In this document: positions 9,634 to 19,221 of the stretch, in pieces
Layout of the letters: each line of letters starts with the position of its first letter
Position numbering within the stretch: position 1 is the first letter of the stretch
Assembly: GCA_021772565.1 (NCBI GenBank)
Contig: JAJFLR010000097.1
Span: 1,558 to 65,557 of the forward strand
Source: Opitutales bacterium
Lineage (GTDB): Bacteria > Verrucomicrobiota > Verrucomicrobiia > Opitutales > JAJFLR01
Reading direction: 5' to 3'
DNA: 64,000 nt
Notes under the pieces: generated by a model
What the model was told of the DNA's origin: nothing
Databases searched by the model: none
What the model saw: only the letters and a program-made list of their open reading frames with translations
Position numbers and translations under genes: made by a program

Positions 9634-12600
9634 TTAATTTCCTGAGTATGAATAGGTTTCGAGGTAGAGTTCGATATCCTTCACCGATTCAATGAATATC
9701 TGCAAACCAACCTGCGGATTGCTCCTCAAGGTACTTCCCGGAATGACAATTTTCCAGCGACTGTTCCAAACCGATCGACCAATGAGACGGCTGTTTGTAA
9801 ATCCCGGTGCACTACTGAAAACAGTACCGCTTGGTACTGCTCGAAAAGCTTGATGTTTGCGAATAGCAAAGGCTTCCTCACTGAGTGAATCAGATGATAG
9901 AAATCCGGTATTTGTAGAAAAATCTGTATTGCCAATATTGAATGGTAATGGAATAGCCTGGTCATCGACACTCCAGCTACGCACAGTCGATACATCTCCC
10001 AATGGTGGTGAGCGCATCGAATCAACTCCTGTCGGAATCAGATAAATATGCGGCGTTGCACTGAGTGCATCTGGGTCCAGGAAGCCGAGATCCGGATCAG
10101 CGGGTGATGATGCACCAATTTCACTCAAGGTACCCCCAGTCGATGTCGGCGAATCCATGCCGACATAACCCTTAAATGCGATACCGGATGATCGAATTTT
10201 TGTGGCAAATGTACTAGGACTGAATCCGTGGTCGCCACCTGCCAGAGGCTCACCAAAAAAGTTGAAACCCTGAGCAATTGTCGTTTGGAATGGAATGACC
10301 AACCCAGGCACCGGTAGTCCGTCCTGATCAGCAATTTGCATACAGTAGCGGCGCACGTCAGGATCCTCAAGCACGTCACTCATACGGCTGGCTGCAAGTT
10401 TATCACTCCAATCCCCATCACCCGAAGCAGCCGGAATAATTCTGAAGTTTTCTCCACGTAATGAAAATTTAGTGCGATAACGATCCGGATTATTGAATCC
10501 GAGGCGTGTCTTTGCCACAGACCAGTCACCCTCCATTTGCGCCAGCACGCCAGAAAGCCCCGGGTCGCCCGTGTTTGAGGCAGTAAACTGAGGATTTCCA
10601 CTTTTATCAACTACACCAAGTGCACGACTTTGAACAATACTGTCAAAAAATGAAGCGGCTGCGCTACTGCCTGAAGTATGTAAAAGTCCCGTTTCATAAT
10701 CATAGGCGCGTGCTGCAAGGAAAGTGTAACGCGCTGCAAGATTGAAAAGCACACTGTATTTCTCAAGCGACTCATCACGAAATACGCGAAAAGCTAGGTC
10801 ACGAGTTCGATAGCCCTGAACGATAGCAGCCGCACGCTTGTTAAAGGTTTCACGTGCAGCCTGAACGGCAAACCCCCGTGCTTTAATTTCTTGAAAATTA
10901 CGCTGCGCCTGATCGTAAACACGCAATGCCTGATCCACGGCTGTTCGTAGTCCTCGAAAATCTGATAGCGCATCGTGTAAATCTTGAATAAGTTGTTTGC
11001 TCTGAGCATCCCAAAATGCTTCTTCCAGTTGTACTTCCAATAGTCGTTCTGCATCGACAATATTACTATCAATTTTCTCCAAGTCTGCTTCACTTGCAGA
11101 TGAAGCTGCCAGTAAAGCCGTTTTAATCCCAACACCTATTAACTTGGCTGCTCCACGACCTGGAGAAGTAGCGTCATTTGAAAATCCCAGAGTTGTGGGA
11201 AAAAATTCCGCAGCACCATCAGAAGCATCAATAGCAATTTCTGCTGCTATATCTGACGTGCGCTTAACTATAGAAAGCGCCAACTTTGAGTTTTCTATTT
11301 CTTTGATTTTATCATGAGCTGCTGACGTTAGTGACACTGCTTTTGTTCGTGCGGTTACCTCTGCATCATAGAGGTCAATTAAAGCGTTCATGTCATCTTT
11401 GAGATTTTCATAGTTGTCCATCGCCTGCCTGAGTCGTTGTCTCGCAGACAGAAGATCAGAAATTACACTCTGCATTTGTCCAGGATGGGCGCGTCGGCCA
11501 GTCCACGTTGCAGGTTTCACGACATCACCCTTGGCGTTGATAGTGAACATAACAGATTCTCCCAAGTTCAGTGTAGAGGAATTTGCATCAGCAAACTCTG
11601 GATCCAGAAATAATTCATACTCTCTGGATTCAAGAGTGGGATCAAAGAACAACTCCGGAGTCTCAACATAAGCAAAGTGCAGTAAATCAGGTCCAGTATA
11701 GCCCTGAGAATAGGTCTTGCCCGGACCTATATCATCGGGATAAGGCGTACCGTAGATCCCTATTAATTTGTTTTCAAAAGCGGTCAACTGAGATTCAATA
11801 GCAGCTCTATTTTCTGCAATACTGTTGTCCTGTTGCCGCAGAAATTCGGTTGAACTTTTTGCATTGTTAAACGCAAAAACCGCATTTTTAAGAGCACCTA
11901 CCGCTCTATCATAAACCTGTTCATAGTGCGTCTTGCCCGCATCGATTTCATTGGGTGAAATATCGAAACTGACCGCCCCTTTTGCAAGGCCTAACGGATT
12001 CAGTCGGGCGTCTGCATTATCAAGCGTAATCTGTATCAACTTGGCATCACCAACTACTTCGTCAAGTTCAGGTACTGTCGTTCGATCAACTTTTTCAATG
12101 CCTTCATTAACATTGTCTTCCTCAGGCAAAATTGAGTTGGCAGTCACCCAGTGGAAATAAGCTCCCTGGCCGGATCGACTAGCCCATTCATCTGTGCCCC
12201 ACCTGCGTGAAGTACCCGTTCTATCATTTGTCTGTCCATCACGTAAATGGGTCCAGCCAGCATTTTCATTCGCTGTAAATTGCTGTCTGTAGGTTAAATC
12301 GAGAACCTGATTCGCAGTTCGAGTAAGTGCTGCAGCTGCAGAGGCAAACTTACGCTCATCCTGATAATCAATTGATACCGGTTGTCCCAAGACAGAGACC
12401 GCTTCAACACGGGGTGTCCATGAAAAATGGTCGTTGCTTAACAAAGTGTAATAAACCTTCAATGCAGTGAGATAGTGACCATAGGCATCGCCATGCCCCT
12501 GAGGAAACTGTACCGTAGCATCAACAGCATCCGCTGCACCATCAACGTTGAGATCCTGTATATTATAGTTCAGCGAATAGATCGGTTCTCCTGAATTAAT

Positions 12601-15600
12601 TCCACCGGTAAAATTCCAGACAAGACGATTGTAGACAGGTGATACCACAACACCCGGCTGTAGATTATCATCTCGTCCGCGCAGTAGTGCTAGTTCTTCA
12701 TCGAGAACCGTGGCAAGTTGCCCTTTAAAAGCAAATAAGGCTGTATTAAATTCACCAAAGTCACCTCCCTCGGTGTCAAAGGCAATCGTTGGGTTGGATG
12801 CATCGGCAAATGCCTCATTACCCAGTAATTGGTAGAGGTCATTTAAATATCCGGCAGCGAGCAGCAGTGCGTCGTTGGCAGCCGGTACATTGAGTGGTGG
12901 GTTTCCACTGATGCTGAGGCTCTTACCTCTTCGTAAAACTGTTTCATAAATTTCTATCAGTCCAAAGTCGTCAATATTTTGGAGATTAAGTGCGATATCA
13001 CCCTCCCAGCGAGGCCCTGCTTGAGTGAGCAGAGAAACATCAGTATTAACATTATTGTTGAACAAATCTGTTACACGCTGTTCAAATGGATTGATACCAC
13101 CCAATACACGTTTGATCCAGCCCGGTGCCAATTGGGCAGGCAACCAACTCGACCAATTGCCAGCAGTGATAGCATTACCGCTGGTAGCAAATGCGGCGGC
13201 CGTTCCGGCTTTGGCTCGATAACGCATTGTGAAATAATTATCAGTCAATGTTTCTATAGTGGCACCTTCAATTGTATGAGTCGACTTGGCCACAACACCA
13301 TCGCCACTCTTGGCACCATCAGTGAGATCTTGCCAGCCTGAGAGGTCGACTGTTTCAATGCGGCCTTCCAGACGTAGATTAATTGTCGACTGGGAATTTA
13401 CATCGGATAGTGTATAAAGTTCAACAGTAACCGTATTGTCACCGGCGACAATTGCCTCAGGCATAATTCTAAAAACACGCTCTAAAGAATTTATATCACC
13501 GGGAGGTGTGGTAGCGACACTGTTTTCACGATTGGGAACATTCCAGACAGCTGCTTCTGTTCCATTAACATAAACAATAAGACCGTCATTATTTTCCAGG
13601 TCGATACTTAAAAATGCCTCAAATGGTAAAGGCAAAGCTTGTATAAATTCACGGCGAAGAACTGCATAGGGAATAGAAACTCCATTTTCTTCATTTCCAG
13701 CTCCATCATTAATGGTGATCTGCTGAGCGGGTAAATTGACCGTTTGCCATCCTTCTCCTGAATCATCAAAATCAACCGCCCTGAATTGAGCAATAATGGT
13801 ATCTGCAGGGTTATTGAAGAGTTGCCACGAACCATTTCCAACAATCGGTTGTGTCAATGCTGCAAAAGTGTAAATAACTGGCGGAAATCCCGCTACCGGT
13901 TGTGCTTTCAACCAGGCAAATTCAAAATCAGCCGGATCACCGGCATAATCTCCTGAATGTCGTAAATTCAGTTTCTCATCCAACGGATTTGCTGATTGAA
14001 CAATTTTTAATTCACCACGGTAAAGCGGTGCATCCACTTTGAATACGTGCAATGATACAGGCTCTGCAGGGGGAGTGAAGGCTGCACCATCTCCACTTGC
14101 TAATACAACATAACCGGTCCCTCCTCCAATAGCAGTCACGGCATAAGAATCGACTGCGGTATTTTCACTATTTACTTCAGCTAATTGTGTTGGACCAGCT
14201 TGAGTATTAAGTGCCGGATTTACAACAAACACACCTTTGCGTTTTGGATCTTCAATAAAAGTTTCCAGTGTTGTTGATAGTCCATCTATTGCAGTATGCC
14301 ATTGACTTTCCAATGAACCCCCTACTGCTACGAGTGCCTTACTATCAGTGACATCCTTTGCACTCATCACATTGAGCAGAAAGTAGTCTTCACCAAATGG
14401 AGCATCGATAAATTCACCAATGAAGACAAGGCTACCGAGTGGTCCGATATTGGGATCAAAAAAGAGTCGCTGACTAAGGTGCGGTGGCAGGTTGGGGAAA
14501 TATGTTTTGCCGAGAAAATCACTGGTCACCAATGAATCCGGTAATTTATCCAAACCACTTTCAGAAAGTGCAAAAGTCTTTTTCCTTGTAGGATCGAAGA
14601 GTCGCAAACTCGGTGTTTTTTCATCCACGTCACCCCCAATTGATTGTTGATAGAGCACACGCATGCTGGTTTGGCCACGCACAGCTGGCAGTCCACGTTT
14701 TGGTAGAGCCAGACTTTCAGAAATATTTAATATTGGTGGAGAACTCGGCCAAATTGGCGTAAATACCACATCAGCGGGAATGCCTGTTATCGGATCTCCA
14801 TTAAATCCACCTGCTGCATTCATTCCATTGGTAAAGGGTCTTAAATAAGGTACAATTGTGCCAACGTCCGGTTTTGTAAGTCCCGGAAAATCAAACTCTG
14901 CTTGCGTCTTGTAAAAATAGTGCATGACGAAGCTTTTTGCCTGATCGGTAACTGTACCGACATTGACTCCATCTGCATGGGGGCCACGATAAATCCATGT
15001 AGATCCTTTACGGTCCACGTAGGTGAACCTGTCATAATGTTCAATACCTTCAGAATTTGGGGCAAAATTTGCCGGCACGTCAGTCGGTGCACCGACTTCT
15101 CTGTTCCTTACAATATTATTCTCGTCCACCGGCAACTGAATGAGAGGCAGCGGTAAAGGTGCCTGTAATATCGCGCCAACAGTGCCTTCATAGTCGAAGG
15201 TATGTGCGGTATTTTCACGAACGACACGACGGATGACCATTGCCGGTAAATCATCTTCTGCAGTATAGTCCACCAACACATAGGGCTGAGACGATGTTGG
15301 GATATTTAAATCATCACGAAGCACATAGGCGACACCGCCGCTCATAAGCGCATGTTCTTCATTTGGATTATAACCGGGTAGTTGAGGATCTGCCTGTCGA
15401 TAAATGGATCCGGTAGCGGCAATACCTAATTCTCCTGACCCATCATTGCGGGCAAGAATAATTTCATCATTGAGATTTCCATCATCTGGATCGGTTACCG
15501 GCCATTGCAACTTGTATCTAATAACGAATCTCGGCCAGTGATTTACTGAAAAAGTGGACGATATAGGCTGGTTCATGGCATACCACCAAATAACAAGTTC

Positions 15601-17631
15601 ATCGTTACCGGGAAGTGCATTGACTGGTATAATTACGCCGTTGCCTGCCTGTTCAAACCCATGGGTAAAAGGATCAAAGTAAGCTCCCGGATTATAGGCG
15701 TTACCGAACTCCTCACGAATATGGCCGACCATAACGGACGAATTGGAAGGTGCATTAACACGTGTTCCAACGAGTGCAGTAAAGGGATTGTTCTCAAAAG
15801 AGACCCGAGCAGTTTCACTAATTGCTCCACCCTGCGTCTTCGTCACAATACCCGTAACAAGATTGATAGTGTAATCTGTGGTTATTGCATAGGAAGCTCC
15901 TGTGTCCGGATCAGCAAGCGATACATTGCTGATATTTGTGTAGCCGGTGCTGAATTGATCGTTTTCATCAAAAGTTCCCAATACAATCTGTGAGCCATCG
16001 AAGCTGCCGATTTCGGATTGGAGGATAGAGAAGACCCGCTCAAACCAGATTTCCTCATCGATCGTGTAGCGAATCAGTGCACGTCCTGTTGGGTCGGATG
16101 GACTGACAACCGTATAAAAAACATTTTGCGGGGTCAGTTTAGCGTGAGTTCTGGTAGGATCATCCTGATAGGCGATTACCGGATTATCCACAGAGTTAAG
16201 CTGTACGCCTGTTGCAATGGATGCATCACTACCCTCCGGTCGCGCATAGATCGAGTAAAATTCGCTCAACTCTTCAATGGTTGGAGTCGGCATAGTGGCC
16301 GCACGATACTCCTCCGGCCACTTGAAAATGTAGCCCACATATTCCTTAGGCCAAAATAGCTGTGCCACTCCCTCTTCCGTCCAGTATATAAGCACCTCAT
16401 TACTCTGCTGCTCAGGCAGTGGCCCGTCGCCATCCAGATCAAATGGGGAAGTTTCTCTAATAGCGTAAAGTGTGCGCTTTGTTCCACCCAGTGACAGATG
16501 CTCAAACAGATAAGGATCGCTTTGATCGCTAAGATTTTTGATCACTACAGCTTTCAAACTTTCATCGTTATCTGTAGGCGATACTTTCTCACCAATGGAA
16601 ACTTTAAGTTCCTCCGGCCGGGTCTCCTGAATGACATCAACAATTTCAAAACCCAAATGATCGCGGTAAATTCGGTCTGGCTCACGTAAATCACCGAGAA
16701 ATTCTACAAAGACACGACCTTCTATATTATAAGCGTGAATTGAGTTGTCCAAACTGTCGAACCAGAGAGTGCGTACTTCAGGAGGTAAGTTCAGTCCCGG
16801 GTTTTGCGGATCGTACGGATTTTCAGGATCAAAATCAAATGTATTAGATTCCGCAACTTCTTTAAGGAATAAGCTATTGTAAGCAATGTTTACATCGCCC
16901 ACACGTGACTCCGGAACTTGCACGGGCGGCCCGTTAAAATCACGTTCAGTCCAATAGATAGTTTTCGTCTGCTTTACCGGAGAGCCGGAAACATTGTAGG
17001 TCTGGGTAAAGCTGTTACCAGTTACCCGCTCCTTCCAGTCAATTGTGATGACACCCGGTTCCGTAGCAAAGACTCTCTCTGCGTGTGGACTCCAATAAAA
17101 TCTGCCTGTTGAAGAATTAGCGGGTTCCTTGAAATAAAATTCGGCCTCAGCAAATACTTTTGGGTCGAGGACGCTGCCATCCGGTTTACGATTTGGTCTT
17201 AGGATTTCTGATCCCATTGAAAATGAGACCAGTTGCACAACCATAGTGCGACTCATTTTAACACCGACAAGCTGGATAGTTTGGTTAGTCAGTTTGGTTT
17301 CTCCATCCAAATCAAGAGGTGTAAAGGAAGGGCTTAATATTGTCCCCGGTGTTCCGGCTACTTCACTAGTGCTGCCGGCAACAATTGTGCCATCAATTTT
17401 TATCCGTGTCGCTTGCCAGCCGCCAAATACCGTACCGCTTTCAAATTGATTGCCGGTACGAGCTGTTGGTCCTGGTGGCTCGGGGTCAGGAGGTACTCCA
17501 GCCTCGCTGAAGACATTGCGTACACTGTTCTCAATTTGAGGAAGTTGTGCAGAAAGATTGCCTGCAAGTGCCAGCATACCGGTTAAAATGAGGACTTTAG
17601 GCTTTAGTTTCATAGATGCAGAGTATTTCAA
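9634..17631 (-). CDS. Giant secreted protein (2665 aa) with putative Tc-toxin TcA-like C-terminal pore/translocation region
   Basis: Intact ORF with Sec signal peptide. Beta-rich N-terminal two-thirds, long helical region with hydrophobic hairpin (AAEFFPTTLGFS...AAKLIGVGIKTALLAA), YSVLFNLAARYTFLAARAYDYE and terminal WKIVIP...VKDIELYLETY. ORF is secure; the TcA similarity is a motif-level inference. Confidence 0.7.
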   Translation of the reverse strand: MKYSASMKLKPKVLILTGMLALAGNLSAQLPQIENSVRNVFSEAGVPPDPEPPGPTARTGNQFESGTVFGGWQATRIKIDGTIVAGSTSEVAGTPGTILSPSFTPLDLDGETKLTNQTIQLVGVKMSRTMVVQLVSFSMGSEILRPNRKPDGSVLDPKVFAEAEFYFKEPANSSTGRFYWSPHAERVFATEPGVITIDWKERVTGNSFTQTYNVSGSPVKQTKTIYWTERDFNGPPVQVPESRVGDVNIAYNSLFLKEVAESNTFDFDPENPYDPQNPGLNLPPEVRTLWFDSLDNSIHAYNIEGRVFVEFLGDLREPDRIYRDHLGFEIVDVIQETRPEELKVSIGEKVSPTDNDESLKAVVIKNLSDQSDPYLFEHLSLGGTKRTLYAIRETSPFDLDGDGPLPEQQSNEVLIYWTEEGVAQLFWPKEYVGYIFKWPEEYRAATMPTPTIEELSEFYSIYARPEGSDASIATGVQLNSVDNPVIAYQDDPTRTHAKLTPQNVFYTVVSPSDPTGRALIRYTIDEEIWFERVFSILQSEIGSFDGSQIVLGTFDENDQFSTGYTNISNVSLADPDTGASYAITTDYTINLVTGIVTKTQGGAISETARVSFENNPFTALVGTRVNAPSNSSVMVGHIREEFGNAYNPGAYFDPFTHGFEQAGNGVIIPVNALPGNDELVIWWYAMNQPISSTFSVNHWPRFVIRYKLQWPVTDPDDGNLNDEIILARNDGSGELGIAATGSIYRQADPQLPGYNPNEEHALMSGGVAYVLRDDLNIPTSSQPYVLVDYTAEDDLPAMVIRRVVRENTAHTFDYEGTVGAILQAPLPLPLIQLPVDENNIVRNREVGAPTDVPANFAPNSEGIEHYDRFTYVDRKGSTWIYRGPHADGVNVGTVTDQAKSFVMHYFYKTQAEFDFPGLTKPDVGTIVPYLRPFTNGMNAAGGFNGDPITGIPADVVFTPIWPSSPPILNISESLALPKRGLPAVRGQTSMRVLYQQSIGGDVDEKTPSLRLFDPTRKKTFALSESGLDKLPDSLVTSDFLGKTYFPNLPPHLSQRLFFDPNIGPLGSLVFIGEFIDAPFGEDYFLLNVMSAKDVTDSKALVAVGGSLESQWHTAIDGLSTTLETFIEDPKRKGVFVVNPALNTQAGPTQLAEVNSENTAVDSYAVTAIGGGTGYVVLASGDGAAFTPPAEPVSLHVFKVDAPLYRGELKIVQSANPLDEKLNLRHSGDYAGDPADFEFAWLKAQPVAGFPPVIYTFAALTQPIVGNGSWQLFNNPADTIIAQFRAVDFDDSGEGWQTVNLPAQQITINDGAGNEENGVSIPYAVLRREFIQALPLPFEAFLSIDLENNDGLIVYVNGTEAAVWNVPNRENSVATTPPGDINSLERVFRIMPEAIVAGDNTVTVELYTLSDVNSQSTINLRLEGRIETVDLSGWQDLTDGAKSGDGVVAKSTHTIEGATIETLTDNYFTMRYRAKAGTAAAFATSGNAITAGNWSSWLPAQLAPGWIKRVLGGINPFEQRVTDLFNNNVNTDVSLLTQAGPRWEGDIALNLQNIDDFGLIEIYETVLRRGKSLSISGNPPLNVPAANDALLLAAGYLNDLYQLLGNEAFADASNPTIAFDTEGGDFGEFNTALFAFKGQLATVLDEELALLRGRDDNLQPGVVVSPVYNRLVWNFTGGINSGEPIYSLNYNIQDLNVDGAADAVDATVQFPQGHGDAYGHYLTALKVYYTLLSNDHFSWTPRVEAVSVLGQPVSIDYQDERKFASAAAALTRTANQVLDLTYRQQFTANENAGWTHLRDGQTNDRTGTSRRWGTDEWASRSGQGAYFHWVTANSILPEEDNVNEGIEKVDRTTVPELDEVVGDAKLIQITLDNADARLNPLGLAKGAVSFDISPNEIDAGKTHYEQVYDRAVGALKNAVFAFNNAKSSTEFLRQQDNSIAENRAAIESQLTAFENKLIGIYGTPYPDDIGPGKTYSQGYTGPDLLHFAYVETPELFFDPTLESREYELFLDPEFADANSSTLNLGESVMFTINAKGDVVKPATWTGRRAHPGQMQSVISDLLSARQRLRQAMDNYENLKDDMNALIDLYDAEVTARTKAVSLTSAAHDKIKEIENSKLALSIVKRTSDIAAEIAIDASDGAAEFFPTTLGFSNDATSPGRGAAKLIGVGIKTALLAASSASEADLEKIDSNIVDAERLLEVQLEEAFWDAQSKQLIQDLHDALSDFRGLRTAVDQALRVYDQAQRNFQEIKARGFAVQAARETFNKRAAAIVQGYRTRDLAFRVFRDESLEKYSVLFNLAARYTFLAARAYDYETGLLHTSGSSAAASFFDSIVQSRALGVVDKSGNPQFTASNTGDPGLSGVLAQMEGDWSVAKTRLGFNNPDRYRTKFSLRGENFRIIPAASGDGDWSDKLAASRMSDVLEDPDVRRYCMQIADQDGLPVPGLVIPFQTTIAQGFNFFGEPLAGGDHGFSPSTFATKIRSSGIAFKGYVGMDSPTSTGGTLSEIGASSPADPDLGFLDPDALSATPHIYLIPTGVDSMRSPPLGDVSTVRSWSVDDQAIPLPFNIGNTDFSTNTGFLSSDSLSEEAFAIRKHQAFRAVPSGTVFSSAPGFTNSRLIGRSVWNSRWKIVIPGSTLRSNPQVGLQIFIESVKDIELYLETYSYSGN

Positions 17632-17654
17632 GTAGAGATTAATAGTAGCCTTTT

Positions 17655-19166
17655 TTATTTTGCAGATGCATCAAGCAATGTATCCAACCTGCTTTCAAGT
17701 TGCGTCATTCGTGATTTCAATTCCGCATTCTCATTCTGCAACGTTTTTATTTGCTCTAAATTTTCAATAGACTTGGTATTTAATTCTTTAATTGCATTAA
17801 CGCTTGCCCAATGAATAGGATCAACTTTCATACTTAAATATACACCGTCAACAGCACTCTCAAGTGTCCCATTAACCGCTTCCGGAATAACATCTAGTAC
17901 ATCCTGCGCAATAAATCCGATCTCCTCTCCATCAGAAGTCAGCCCCAAATCATTATCATCCTTGTAACGGAATTTAACAGGTTGCAGCTGTAGGATAGCA
18001 TCAAGGCCTCTTTCATAAACCCGAATATCCTGCTTCAACCGTGAATCCGAGAATGTTTGCCAAGATGACCCACCCGAGCTCTTTCCAGCGTTGCCAGTCA
18101 CCGTAAATTTAGTATCATTGGAGCCTCCCAAGCCAGATACTGGCCAAAAAGATGCAATTCGTGCATTTGTAATCGTATTTTTAATTTGTAGCACTTGATT
18201 AGAATTCCCATTTACACTGAAACTCCCCTGTGGTCCAGATACTAGAATACTAGATAAATTTAGTTTGTTAGCAGTCACCGCACTATTAGCGATTTCACTA
18301 TTACCAACAGCGTTTGCCGCAATCTCACTTGCTCCAACGGCATTGGCTGCAATATCAGAGGCCGTTATTGAATTATCAGCAATATCAACACTCCCTATTG
18401 TGCCATTACGAATATCACTTCCTTGAACAGAATTATCAACAATTTCACTTGTGCCGACAGCATTGGCTGCAATTTCGCTCGCACCTACCGCATTGGCAGC
18501 AATTTCAGCTGCTGCCACAGCATTGGTTGCAATATCAGAGGCTGTTATTGAATTATTTATAATTTCGCTTGAGCCAACAGCATTATCTGCGATTTGGGCA
18601 GAACCCACCGCATTGCCGGCAATCTTCCCTACACCGACCGCTCCATCTGCAATTGTATCTGAAAACTTTGCATGTTCCGCAACAACAGCAAAGGGCGATG
18701 CCAGCAATGCGAGCCGTGGTGAAATCTCACCGGGTGTTGCAGGTGGATTTAATACAGTTAATCCTAAAAAACGCTCCTTTCCATTAAATGCACTGAGTAA
18801 TTTATTTTGCGCAACTGAACCCGTTAGTGGAAGGGGGTCACCATCGGCAGTTGCTATGACTTCTCCTTCACCCAAGCGGACAGAGAAAAGGCCTGTTCCT
18901 GTCACAGTTACAATCTGTTTTTCGGCCCAGATCAAATTACCCCCACTCTGGCTATCCCAAATACGAAAGCGGATTTCGAAGTTGGCAGCAGTACCTGTAG
19001 TGCCAGGACCACCTGTACCCGTTATTGGACCGCCATTGCTGTTGAGTAACTGTCCCTGATAATCAATAAGGGCCGGAGCTCCTGCAACCTGAGCGTTGAG
19101 GATTGCACCGAAGTGTGCATAGAAGAATAAAGTCAGGATGACTGCTATTTTATTTTTCGTTTTCAT
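17655..19166 (-). CDS. Secreted tail-fibre-like trimeric adhesin with C-terminal peptidase S74 intramolecular chaperone
   Basis: Signal peptide; N-domain IDYQGQL...FRIWDSQSGGNLIWAE...GLFSVRLG; 10-aa repeats; SDSRLKQDI, IGFIAQDV..VIPEAV, NAIKEL plus coiled coil. Confidence 0.88.
   Translation of the reverse strand: MKTKNKIAVILTLFFYAHFGAILNAQVAGAPALIDYQGQLLNSNGGPITGTGGPGTTGTAANFEIRFRIWDSQSGGNLIWAEKQIVTVTGTGLFSVRLGEGEVIATADGDPLPLTGSVAQNKLLSAFNGKERFLGLTVLNPPATPGEISPRLALLASPFAVVAEHAKFSDTIADGAVGVGKIAGNAVGSAQIADNAVGSSEIINNSITASDIATNAVAAAEIAANAVGASEIAANAVGTSEIVDNSVQGSDIRNGTIGSVDIADNSITASDIAANAVGASEIAANAVGNSEIANSAVTANKLNLSSILVSGPQGSFSVNGNSNQVLQIKNTITNARIASFWPVSGLGGSNDTKFTVTGNAGKSSGGSSWQTFSDSRLKQDIRVYERGLDAILQLQPVKFRYKDDNDLGLTSDGEEIGFIAQDVLDVIPEAVNGTLESAVDGVYLSMKVDPIHWASVNAIKELNTKSIENLEQIKTLQNENAELKSRMTQLESRLDTLLDASAK
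18271..18653 (-). repeat. Intragenic 30-bp/10-aa tandem repeat (IAxNAVGxxE), about 13 units
   Basis: IADGAVGVGK IAGNAVGSAQ IADNAVGSSE ... IAANAVGASE ... IANSAVTANK in the translation. Confidence 0.9.
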
Positions 19167-19221
19167 AATTTCGGATTCTGATTTTGGTGATTCAATTGTT
19201 AAATTTTTTAATTACTAGAAG

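Noticed and set aside
18451-19059. 202-aa plus-strand ORF with PTALAAIS repeats
   Set aside because: Mirror of the fibre gene's repeats on the opposite strand
17655-19166. Prophage or tailocin interpretation of the tail-fibre gene
   Set aside because: Signal peptide present; no capsid, sheath, tube, baseplate, integrase or lysis genes in the window
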